A DNA stretch of 8,280 nucleotides, from NCBI GenBank assembly GCA_964480775.1, contig CAYZRF010000041.1, positions 1 through 8,280 of the forward strand, in the 5' to 3' direction. The notes beneath the pieces were generated by a model. The model made no database searches. It was not told the DNA's origin and was given only the letters and a program-made list of their open reading frames with translations. Source of the DNA: an uncultured Nitrososphaerota archaeon (GTDB taxonomy: Archaea; Korarchaeota; Korarchaeia; Korarchaeales; Korarchaeaceae). A program made the translations under genes and the position numbers. Of this stretch, positions 1 to 6,658 are shown piece after piece (positions within the stretch are counted from its first letter, which is position 1; each line of letters begins with the position of its first letter).

Positions 1-552
1 GTTTATGGAATAATAGGTCTGTTCGTCCTTACTGCTGCAATTCCTTGGGTAAGTGTTCTTCATCCCGTCATCATAGCCTTTACCATAGGGATGCTAGCTA
101 ACAAAAAGTGGTGGGCTGCTTGGCCTATATGCGCAGTATTCGTGGCATTACAACAACTAGTACCTTATTACTGGCCAGGACCTCCAAGCTATCCGGCTGC
201 TCCGCAGCCTAAGTATTTTCTAGCATCCTTCTGGCTGTGGGTCCCGCTGATACTGATGCCAATTCTTGGACCTAGATTAATTCCTGAGTGGTTAAGATCT
301 GATGATAAGAAAAAGCTGTTTGTAGCACTAGTATTCGCATTTTGGATCGCAACCGAACCAGTATGGGGTGGATGGTGGTTTGCATGGAATTGGGCATTCA
401 GTCTACCGCCTGACCTAAACATGGGCGTCTTCTTAACAATGTATTGGTATGAGAAGGCTTTAGCATGGGGCTCTGCAGCGGTAATAGGTACAGCTTTGTT
501 CAGCGCTCTACGTCGAAGTGGACTTAGGAAAATCCCAGGAGCTATTTGGTAA
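1..552 (+). CDS. Tryptophan-rich polytopic membrane protein, probably 5'-truncated by the window edge; candidate ECF substrate-capture (S) component of an unrecognised family
   Basis: Frame +1 has no stop in 1-90, and that stretch (VYGIIGLFVLTAAIPWVSVLHPVIIAFTIG) is itself TM-like. The tracked ORF 91-552 is therefore probably the 3' part of a gene starting upstream; alternatively ATG 91 is the start. There are several helix-length hydrophobic segments. I count 17 Trp in 183 visible residues, including WGGWWFAWNW (364-393), plus a Pro-rich loop PGPPSYPAAPQPKY. The S-component idea rests only on same-strand position directly upstream of an ECF A-A'/T pair. Confidence refers to it being a real membrane-protein CDS; the S-component role is about 0.3. 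Confidence 0.75.
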   Translation, partial: VYGIIGLFVLTAAIPWVSVLHPVIIAFTIGMLANKKWWAAWPICAVFVALQQLVPYYWPGPPSYPAAPQPKYFLASFWLWVPLILMPILGPRLIPEWLRSDDKKKLFVALVFAFWIATEPVWGGWWFAWNWAFSLPPDLNMGVFLTMYWYEKALAWGSAAVIGTALFSALRRSGLRKIPGAIW

Positions 553-560
553 ACTCTCCC

Positions 561-577
561 TTTCCCTTTTTTGTTTT
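561..577 (+). terminator. Oligo-T tract (T6 at 567-572, T4 at 574-577) just after the stop of the membrane-protein gene; archaeal-type terminator candidate
   Basis: The sequence is tttcccTTTTTTgTTTT, 9-25 nt after the TAA at 550-552. Archaeal RNA polymerase terminates at oligo-T runs. No experimental support. Confidence 0.35.
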
Positions 578-593
578 AATTTGATGAAGGTTT

Positions 594-601
594 TTTATAA
601 A
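594..601 (+). promoter_or_regulatory. TATA-box-like element TTTATAAA upstream of the ECF ATPase gene
   Basis: TTTATAAA is centred about 27 nt upstream of ATG 624. This spacing fits an archaeal TATA-to-TSS distance with a leaderless or near-leaderless mRNA. No Shine-Dalgarno-like motif lies between them. Confidence 0.45.
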
Positions 602-623
602 AACTGAAGAAGGTTGCATCGAC

Positions 624-2363
624 ATGCAAAGCGTCATCTCCATTAGAAATTTGACATACACTTATCCAACAGGAGTTAAAGCCCTAAAAGGGATAAATTT
701 GGAGATAGAGAGGGGAGAATACATTGTGATCATGGGAGCAAATGGTGCTGGCAAGACAACCTTATGCTATTGCCTGAACGGAATAATACCTCACATAATT
801 GGGGGAGAACTTCAAGGGGAGATATACGTGGAAGAAATTCGAACAACGGATCATAGCATAGCTGAGCTTTCACGGCTGGTGGGGCTGTGTATCCAAAATC
901 CCGAAGGACAGCTTTTCTGTCAAACGGTTAAGGCAGATGTAGCTTTTGGTGCTGAGAATCTTTGCATTCCCAGGGACGAATTGGCAGAGCGGGTGGCCAG
1001 GAGCATTAAGGTTTGTAGGCTTGAAGGACTTGAGAATCGCTCTCCCTCCGATCTAAGTGGAGGACAAAAGCAAAGAGTAGCTCTAGCATCTATTCTAGCT
1101 ATGAGATCAAGGGTTATGGTTTTAGATGAACCAACCTCCCAGCTCGATCCAATAGGAACGCCTGAACTCTTGTCTGTTATTAGAAATCTCAATAAGGAGC
1201 ACGGTGTTACTGTTGTAATGACAGAACACAAGAGTGATGAGATTCTGGAACAGGGAGTGGATAGAGTTATACTTCTTCACAAAGGGGAGATTGTAGCCGA
1301 TGGAGACCCCGGAGAAGTCCTATCCAAGGCAGACCTGTTGGAGAGGATAGGAGTTAAGACTCCGCAGGTAATAGAACTGGCACAACATCTCAAAAGAAAT
1401 GAGATTCCCATGGAAAGAATTCCGACTAACATAAATGAGGCCAGAAAGCTTCTATCTTCTCTCTTAGATAGGAAGATCTTAGAGGTAAAGCAAAAGCTGC
1501 CTCCACCCTCTTCAATGGAGGAAAGTAAGCCCAGTAGCAGGGAACCTGTCATCAAGATAGAGGATGTTTACTTTTCTTACACGCCAGAGAGCCCCGCAAT
1601 CAGAGGAGTTAGTCTACAGTTCTATCCTGGAGAGTTTGTTGGAATTATCGGGCAAAACGGCTCAGGTAAGACCACCCTCGCGAAACTTATAGTGGGTCTT
1701 CTAAGACCTGACAAAGGGAAGATCTTGATATTCGGGAAAGACACTCGCGAGATGACTCCCGGAGAGATCTGTAAGAAAGTGGGCTTAGCGATGCAAAATC
1801 CAGATCATCAACTTTTCTCCCTGTCTGTTAAAGAGGAGGTTGAATTCGGTCTTAGGAATCTAAACCTTCCCGAGGAAGAAATAGAGAAGAGGACCGAGAG
1901 TGCGCTGAAACTAGTGGGACTTTGGGAATTTAGAGATATGGCCCCATTTACGCTCGATTTTGGGGCGCGAAGGAAGCTAACTGTTGCTATAGTGGCGGCG
2001 ATGAATCCCCCAGTTATCTTCTTAGATGAGCCGACTACGGCTCAGGACTATCGGGGACGATATGAGATAATGGAGATAATGAAAAGTCTGAATGAGAGGC
2101 ATGGAAATACTGTTATCGTCGTAACCCACGACATGGAGATAGTTGCAAAATATTGTAAAAGAGTTGTGGTAATGGGACAGGGTAAGGTTCTTTTAGATGG
2201 AAGCGCAAGAGAAGTTTTTAGCAAATCAGAGATATTAGAACAGACCTATATTAAGCCTCCTCCGATAACTAGGTTAGCTCAGGGGCTGTCGGCCTTTGGG
2301 GTTCCACCTAACATACTAAGCGTTGATGAGTTTATTTCATCATTGAAATTTGTAAGGGGATGA
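624..2363 (+). CDS. ecfA: Fused (duplicated) ECF-transporter ATPase, EcfA-EcfA' / CbiO-type, two ABC nucleotide-binding domains
   Basis: 579 aa. Walker A is GANGAGKTT (NBD1) and GQNGSGKTT (NBD2). Q-loop regions IQNPEGQLF / MQNPDHQLF are typical of ECF/CbiO ATPases. The ABC signature LSGGQKQR is present in NBD1. Walker B plus D-loop is VLDEPTSQLD / FLDEPTTAQD. H-loops are TEH / THD. The inter-domain linker is Pro/Ser-rich (KLPPPSSMEESKPSS). The NBD2 signature is degenerate (LDFGARRK). Confidence 0.92.
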   Translation: MQSVISIRNLTYTYPTGVKALKGINLEIERGEYIVIMGANGAGKTTLCYCLNGIIPHIIGGELQGEIYVEEIRTTDHSIAELSRLVGLCIQNPEGQLFCQTVKADVAFGAENLCIPRDELAERVARSIKVCRLEGLENRSPSDLSGGQKQRVALASILAMRSRVMVLDEPTSQLDPIGTPELLSVIRNLNKEHGVTVVMTEHKSDEILEQGVDRVILLHKGEIVADGDPGEVLSKADLLERIGVKTPQVIELAQHLKRNEIPMERIPTNINEARKLLSSLLDRKILEVKQKLPPPSSMEESKPSSREPVIKIEDVYFSYTPESPAIRGVSLQFYPGEFVGIIGQNGSGKTTLAKLIVGLLRPDKGKILIFGKDTREMTPGEICKKVGLAMQNPDHQLFSLSVKEEVEFGLRNLNLPEEEIEKRTESALKLVGLWEFRDMAPFTLDFGARRKLTVAIVAAMNPPVIFLDEPTTAQDYRGRYEIMEIMKSLNERHGNTVIVVTHDMEIVAKYCKRVVVMGQGKVLLDGSAREVFSKSEILEQTYIKPPPITRLAQGLSAFGVPPNILSVDEFISSLKFVRG

Positions 2364-3202
2364 AAATGAGCATCAGATTAGAATATATCCCTAAAAACAC
2401 AGTCATCCATAGGCTAAATCCCTTAACTAAAATCATTTTCGTTTTATTGGTCCCCATTATAGGCTTCATATTTGCAAATGATGCAATCTCGGCCGCTTTA
2501 GTGTCCGCTTACGCCCTGGCCTGGCTTGCTCTTGCCAGAATTCCTATTTCTAGGATAAAAACTCTCGTCATCATAGTGTTAGCATCTTCTGCCCTCTTCA
2601 TGGTAGTTCAACTGTTTTTCTATTGGAGAGGGGAAACTGTTATCTTCAGATTTTTCTTTTTGAAGGCAACGCTGGAGGGTTTGCATGTCGGGCTAACGAT
2701 CTTCTTGAAGATGATGGTTATCTTGGGATGTGTCCCTGTTTTGGCCATGACCACAAGAATAGACCAATTTGCCATAACTTTATCCAAGCTTAAGATACCA
2801 TATCAGCTCTCTTTCGCCCTAATTACTGCTGTTAGATTTCTTCCTCTGGTTAGCGATATCTACAACAGCATATTAGATGCACAGAGGTTAAGAGCACACG
2901 ATATAGACAGAATGAGCTTTCTAACGAAGTTAAGGAAGGCATATTACCCGCTAATAGTTCCCCTTTTCATAACATCATTTAGAACCGCAGATGAACTCCA
3001 AATCGCACTTGAATCAAGGGCTTTCGGAGCTCATAAGAGAAGAACTTATTTGGAGAGTCCTCCCCGTGTTACGGTAGTTGATTACATAGCTCTCATCAGC
3101 ATAATATCCTTGTTTGTATATTCCATAATTGCATACAGGGCTTGGGGCACGATTCTTCCTCCTTGGCTTAGGCCTTCTTGGGCTGTTCCATTGAGATATT
3201 AA
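2360..3202 (+). CDS. ecfT: ECF transporter transmembrane (T) component, EcfT/CbiQ family
   Basis: 280-aa polytopic membrane protein. It has the N-terminal IHRLNPLTKIIF motif and two Arg-containing coupling-helix motifs (ILDAQRLRA and ALESRAFG), as in EcfT/CbiQ. ATG 2360 overlaps the ecfA stop (ATGA), implying translational coupling. ATG 2366 is an alternative start. Confidence 0.87.
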   Translation: MKMSIRLEYIPKNTVIHRLNPLTKIIFVLLVPIIGFIFANDAISAALVSAYALAWLALARIPISRIKTLVIIVLASSALFMVVQLFFYWRGETVIFRFFFLKATLEGLHVGLTIFLKMMVILGCVPVLAMTTRIDQFAITLSKLKIPYQLSFALITAVRFLPLVSDIYNSILDAQRLRAHDIDRMSFLTKLRKAYYPLIVPLFITSFRTADELQIALESRAFGAHKRRTYLESPPRVTVVDYIALISIISLFVYSIIAYRAWGTILPPWLRPSWAVPLRY

Positions 3203-3421
3203 GCTGTCAGCAGCTGAAATCAAAAGAAATTAAAACTAGCATTATTGTTTTGGCTTGATCTACGCTCATTAAAAGAGATCGCCTTTTTGGTTCAACTCCT
3301 TTAAATCCAATGGATTTTGGTGCAGTAGAGATTTGTTCTTTTTACTAGCTTTGGTCCATAGTCCGATTATCTAACGCTTGAAGTTCGTGAGCCTTTTTAA
3401 GTTCTAAATCCAACTGAAAAG

Positions 3422-4039
3422 TTGCATGTTCTCCTCTCTCTCGGGGGATTCGAGCTTTCAAATTCCGTAATAGTGGTTTCTGGACCGCTAACTTCGACAG
3501 AGGCCGTCAAGAGATTGACCTATATAAGCCTGCAGCAGCCGTAGTGACGAAGACCATCGCAATCAGACCAGCTACTCCAAGGCCTAATATGTTGGGTTTG
3601 TCCAAGTTTTCACTCTCAACTGCAAGGACTGGTCTGAGAAGGAGTACGGCTATTGGGTAGAGGAAGGAATTCCTAAAATGAAAGAGCTAAGCATAACTGT
3701 CATAGCAAGTATTGTAAGCCTCTCTGAGAGGGGAAAGGAATTGGCTTCCTTAGCCAGAAGCGTTACCGATGCTGGAGCAAATGCCATAAAACTTACATGT
3801 CTTTACAACCTGGTTTATCTTCCAGATCAATTGAAGATAGTCAGATCAAACTCAGATCTCCCGATATTCGCTAAGATATAGCGCGCGCCTGCGGTTCTTG
3901 CGTAAGATCCTGTCCTGTTTGGAGCAATTGAGGTAAAGGAAGGGCCACTATAGGGAAGCTATGCGGGACTTGCGGTTTGTGCCTTTCTATGTATCCAGAA
4001 GGCGACAAGGTGGTCCTGATTGTTCGGTTACATGGGTAA
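3422..4039 (+). pseudogene. Decayed gene for a class-1 dihydroorotate/dihydropyrimidine dehydrogenase-like (PreA-like) TIM-barrel flavoprotein with a C-terminal 2x[4Fe-4S] ferredoxin domain; multiple frameshifts, an in-frame stop and a large internal deletion
   Basis: Consecutive parts of one protein are spread over three frames. Frame 2, 3422-3541: (TTG)HVLLSLGGFELSNSVIVVSGPLTSTEAVKRL. Frame 1, 3532-3590: AAAVVTKTIAIRPATPRPN. Frame 3, 3588-3881: ..WSEKEYGYWVEEGIPKMKELSITVIASIVSLSERGKELASLARSVTDAGANAIKLT..DLPIFAKI*. These match G-l-L-NPv--aSG / GAGAvvtKTi---pr-GNp-PR / viaSi-g-s-eew-ela--ve-aGaDaiELN / PvfvKl of DHOD/DPD barrels. Immediately after, frame 2 (3881-4039) reads ACGSCVRSCP, then via a frame slip FGAIEVKEGP, then CGTCGLCLSMYP. 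That is two Cys clusters, one truncated and one with CP changed to YP, with TGA at 3929. The C-terminal half of the barrel is absent. Confidence 0.72.
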
Positions 4040-4199
4040 GATATTGAGAGTGGATCCCTCAGCCAATAGGATAAGTTCTCATGCGTTAGATAAGAGCTTG
4101 GCATAAGAGCATCTGAGAATAATAGGCTTCTGGGATTCCAAGAAAGGAGAAGATCAAGGAGCCGGGTATAGATTAGCCAAGAGAATGAACAAAGCTTGA
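4032..4199 (+). pseudogene. N-terminal stub (about 55 codons) of an aldehyde:ferredoxin oxidoreductase (AOR/FOR) family gene; the rest is deleted
   Basis: ATG 4032 opens MGKILRVDPSANRISSHALDKSLA* (TAA 4104-4106). The same frame continues EHLRIIGFWDSKKGEDQGAGYRLAKRMNKA* (TGA 4197-4199). GKILRVDLS-G-I---eLd--la is, from memory, the characteristic N-terminus of tungstopterin AOR-family enzymes (about 600 aa). The ATG overlaps the stop of the upstream relic by 8 nt (ATGGGTAA), as in an operon junction. Confidence 0.42.
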
Positions 4200-4221
4200 T
4201 CCCTCTCTCTTATTCTGAATG

Positions 4222-4229
4222 TTTATAGA
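4222..4229 (+). promoter_or_regulatory. TATA-box-like element TTTATAGA upstream of the SsnA-like gene
   Basis: TTTATAGA lies about 31-38 nt upstream of ATG 4260, giving a very short leader. A second A/T box, TATAATTT (4241-4248), lies closer but would place the TSS inside the conserved N-terminus, so it is less likely. Confidence 0.4.
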
Positions 4230-4259
4230 AAAATTCGGAGTATAATTTACCGATTTCTC

Positions 4260-5594
4260 ATGAGATCGCTTGCAATTCTCCATGGGTTAGTTGTTACAAT
4301 GGATAAAGAAAGGAGGGTTATAGAGAACGGTGGTGTTTACATTGAGGGGAACAGGATTGTTGACGTATCAACTGCTTTGGAGATAAAGAGATCCTATCAT
4401 TTCGATGAAGAGATAGATGCTAAAGGAAGGGTCGTAATTCCTGGCCTTATAGACTCACATAGGCATCTATATGGCATCCTGACAAGAGGTATGCCCATCA
4501 AGAAGCTTCCAACTTCCTTTATAAGCTTCTTAGAGGACTTTTGGTGGCCATATGTGGAAAATCAGTTGGATAAGGAGATGATAAGGGCCTCTGCGATGGC
4601 CTCAGGAGTTGAAGCCTTGAAGAACGGAACCACCTGCGTCGTGGACATATTGGAAGCTCCAAATGCCGTTCCAGGAGCGCTTAAAGTTGAGGCAGAAGCT
4701 CTAGAAAAATTAGGGTTAAGGGCCATTCTCTCCTTCGAGGCCACAGAGCGAGTAAGCGAGGAAAACGGGGAACTTGGCCTAAAGGAAAACGAGTACTTCA
4801 TTAGAAGTAAGAAAGAGGATCCTCTTATCAGAGGAATGATGTGTATTCATACTACCTTCACGTGCAGTCCAGAGTTCCTGTCAGAGGCCAGGAGAATAGC
4901 GGATAGACTTAATTCTGGGATACATATTCACCTAGAGGAAGGGGAGTACGAGACAATGTACTGCCTTGTCAATTACAGAAAACTCCCGGTTCAGTTATAC
5001 GACGGAATCGGTTTCCTAAAGTCCGACGTGTTAGCTGCCCAATGTGTTCACCTTTCTCCAAAAGAGATGGAGATAATGAAGAGGAAGGGTGTGAAAGTTA
5101 GTCATGAACCTCTAAGCAACTGTGAGGTTGGGGGAGGCATTGCCCCAATTCCAGATTTGCTTGAGATGGGGCTAACTGTCGGTTTAGGGACAGATGGATT
5201 TGTTATTGACGAATTTGAGGTGATGAGAGCGGCTTTTCTGATACACAAGGGGCATAGAAGGGATCCTACAGTCATTCCTCCCGATGAGGTCTTCGAAATG
5301 GCAACCGTGAAGAACGCAGAAGCCATAGGAATGGGCGACTGGATAGGATCAATAGAGCCTGGGAAAGAAGCTGACATCGTCATCCTGAAGCCTAAGACTT
5401 ACACGAGACTTTCCAGAGATAACGTAATAGCGCAGCTCGTTGGATTCGGTACTGGATCCTGGGTTGATAAAGTCCTTGTAGGAGGAAGAACCGTAGTTTC
5501 AGATGGTAAAGTAATTGTTGTTGAGGAAGAGGAAGTTATGAGAAGGGCTAAAGAGGAAAGCATTAGGCTTTGGGAGAAGAGTAAGAAGAAGTGA
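4260..5594 (+). CDS. ssnA: Deaminase-type amidohydrolase (chlorohydrolase / cytosine-guanine-MTA deaminase subgroup), SsnA-like
   Basis: 444 aa. Metal and catalytic motifs appear in canonical order: HxH (DSHRH), H..E (IHIHLEEGEYE), H (CVHLS), D (GLGTDG). The blocks SFISFLEDFWWPYVENQLD, NGTTCVVD, EAPNAVPGAL, GLRAILSFEATER and LGTDGFVIDEFEVMRAAFLIHK match my recollection of E. coli SsnA (DFIS-L--LWW-LD-AL; ASPAYIGGSL; GLRA--CFETTDR; LGTDG--SDMFEEMK-AF). Superfamily call about 0.9; SsnA subfamily about 0.6. Confidence 0.85.
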   Translation: MRSLAILHGLVVTMDKERRVIENGGVYIEGNRIVDVSTALEIKRSYHFDEEIDAKGRVVIPGLIDSHRHLYGILTRGMPIKKLPTSFISFLEDFWWPYVENQLDKEMIRASAMASGVEALKNGTTCVVDILEAPNAVPGALKVEAEALEKLGLRAILSFEATERVSEENGELGLKENEYFIRSKKEDPLIRGMMCIHTTFTCSPEFLSEARRIADRLNSGIHIHLEEGEYETMYCLVNYRKLPVQLYDGIGFLKSDVLAAQCVHLSPKEMEIMKRKGVKVSHEPLSNCEVGGGIAPIPDLLEMGLTVGLGTDGFVIDEFEVMRAAFLIHKGHRRDPTVIPPDEVFEMATVKNAEAIGMGDWIGSIEPGKEADIVILKPKTYTRLSRDNVIAQLVGFGTGSWVDKVLVGGRTVVSDGKVIVVEEEEVMRRAKEESIRLWEKSKKK

Positions 5595-5607
5595 GAGCTT
5601 ACTAAAG

Positions 5608-6543
5608 GTGCTCATAGTGCAAACATGGAACTTAGATGTCCTGACTATAGGAGCTGCTGCGGTTGACTTAGTTGTGAGGGTAAAGAGACATCCAGAACCT
5701 GATCAGATGGTATTTGCCGAGGAATTTGGCGTGTTTCCAGGAGGGTCTACTGGTAACATAGCGGTAGCCCTAGCAAAACTCGGGGCCAGAGTGGGATTCC
5801 TTGGAAAGATAGGGAAGGACCATTACGGAGAACTACTGCTTGATGACTTTAGAAGATCTGGAGTTGACATAAGCAAGGTTATAGTTGAAGAATCCGCTAG
5901 AACAGCATGCACCTTCATAGCGGTTGATAAGGAAGGAAGGAGAGTAATTTACTCTCTGGGAGGAAAGGCCTTACTTGAGTCTCCTAACGAGATAGACTTC
6001 TCCTACTTAATGAGCTCACGGATAATATACGTAGGAGAGACCTACCCTAAGGTAGTGTCTAACGCCCTTCTACATGCAAAGAGGAAGGGGATTACCATAA
6101 TCTCTAATCCTGGAGTAAACTTCTCTCTATTTGGTGATGAAGCTTTTGATATAATTAAAGCAAGTGATCTTATTGTGATCAGTTCTAAGGAGCTATCTTC
6201 CATAAACCGAGACATTAGAGAGGGAGCAAGATATCTCCTTAAGGAGGGTCCAAAAGCTGTCATCGTTACAATGGGATCAGAGGGCTCCCTCCTTATCGAT
6301 AAGGAGGGAGCTAAACTCATCCCTGCTTTCAGAACTAAGGTCGTAGATACTACGGGAGCTGGAGATGCCTTCACAGCTGGGCTGATTTTTGGTAAACTGA
6401 GAGGATGGGGTCTCTCGAAATGTGTGAGATTCGGAAATGCTGTTGCTGCGATTAAGATATCCCATCTTGGCGCAAGAAGTGGCCTTCCTACTGCAGAAGA
6501 AGCCTTGAATTTCATCGCAAGAAGTAGAACTAAGACTTCCTAA
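5608..6543 (+). CDS. PfkB/ribokinase-family carbohydrate or nucleoside kinase
   Basis: 311 aa. It has the N-terminal GGSTGNIAVALAKLGARVGFLGKIGKD block and the C-terminal PfkB signature DTTGAGDAFTAGLIFG. It sits 13 nt downstream of the SsnA-like stop with no TATA box between, so it is probably co-transcribed. The tracked start is GTG 5608. In-frame GTG 5617 is an alternative, preceded at 6-nt spacing by the SD-like AGGTG (5606-5610). Confidence 0.9.
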   Translation: MLIVQTWNLDVLTIGAAAVDLVVRVKRHPEPDQMVFAEEFGVFPGGSTGNIAVALAKLGARVGFLGKIGKDHYGELLLDDFRRSGVDISKVIVEESARTACTFIAVDKEGRRVIYSLGGKALLESPNEIDFSYLMSSRIIYVGETYPKVVSNALLHAKRKGITIISNPGVNFSLFGDEAFDIIKASDLIVISSKELSSINRDIREGARYLLKEGPKAVIVTMGSEGSLLIDKEGAKLIPAFRTKVVDTTGAGDAFTAGLIFGKLRGWGLSKCVRFGNAVAAIKISHLGARSGLPTAEEALNFIARSRTKTS

Positions 6544-6629
6544 ACCTTTCTGAATTTATTCTTCTCAATCGCTCAGAACATAGACTATCGCGCCTGAAGA
6601 ATGAGTAAGTCTCTTAGAGGCATCAAGAC

Positions 6630-6638
6630 TTTATATTT
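6630..6638 (+). promoter_or_regulatory. TATA-box-like element TTTATATTT upstream of the dehydrogenase gene
   Basis: It is centred about 25 nt upstream of GTG 6659, which would make the ADH-FGGY transcript leaderless. It is preceded by a 115-bp gap after the PfkB stop. Confidence 0.45.
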
Positions 6639-6641
6639 CCC

Positions 6642-6651
6642 AGAGATCTCT
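6642..6651. promoter_or_regulatory. Perfect 10-bp palindrome AGAGATCTCT between the TATA box and the start codon; candidate operator
   Basis: AGAGATCTCT is its own reverse complement. It covers the predicted TSS region. A second AGATCT lies at 6663-6668, 19 bp centre to centre. Confidence 0.3.
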
Positions 6652-6658
6652 CAAATAG

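Noticed and set aside
582-607. C/D-box sRNA-like pair: TGATGA (582-587) and CTGA (604-607)
   Set aside because: There is a single box pair with a 16-nt spacer that is itself the TATA box of ecfA. There are no C'/D' boxes, no terminal stem and no plausible guide. It is best explained as chance within an A/T-rich promoter.
189-1555. Minus-strand ORFs 189-422, 920-1231 and 1277-1555
   Set aside because: All are embedded antisense in the membrane-protein gene or ecfA, whose + strand products carry strong family motifs. They have no start context or motifs of their own.
3014-3223. 69-aa minus-strand ORF overlapping the 3' end of ecfT
   Set aside because: It is antisense to a well-supported EcfT CDS, has no promoter-like element downstream of it on the minus strand, and has unremarkable composition.
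3678-3881. Tracked 67-aa + strand ORF (MKELSITVIASIVSL...PIFAKI) as a stand-alone small protein
   Set aside because: Its sequence is the central strands of a DHOD/DPD TIM barrel (viaSi..s.ee..ela..v.daGa.aiEL; PifaKi). The homology continues upstream of its ATG in the same frame and in other frames. It is a fragment of the 3422-4039 pseudogene, not an independent gene.
3929-3931. In-frame TGA inside the ferredoxin-like segment as a possible selenocysteine codon (tempting because SsnA families associate with Se-dependent enzymes)
   Set aside because: The TGA does not replace a cluster Cys. It falls where a frame slip is needed to recover the conserved FGAIEVKEG segment. The surrounding gene carries several other disabling lesions, and I saw no SECIS-like context.
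3871-4104. Tracked 77-aa minus-strand ORF in the gap
   Set aside because: It has no recognisable motifs and is Ser/Pro/Leu-rich. It lies antisense to the ferredoxin-tail and AOR-stub relics, which explain the sequence better on the + strand.
8-4126. Repeated 10-mer GAATAATAGG at 8-17 and 4117-4126, and an imperfect inverted repeat AGAATAA-AG at about 4116-4125 and 4207-4216
   Set aside because: Exact 10-mer coincidences are expected by chance in an 8-kb A/T-leaning window. One copy is inside a CDS, and there is no flanking extension suggestive of a mobile-element terminus.
4562-5383. Minus-strand ORFs 4562-4801 and 5102-5383 inside the SsnA-like gene
   Set aside because: These are antisense artefacts within a CDS that carries the ordered amidohydrolase metal-ligand motifs.
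6042-6515. 157-aa minus-strand ORF (and the nested 62-aa ORF at 6277-6465) antisense to the PfkB kinase
   Set aside because: It lies entirely inside a CDS with clear PfkB motifs on the + strand. It has low-complexity Ser/Pro/Leu/Ala composition typical of antisense frames and no motifs.
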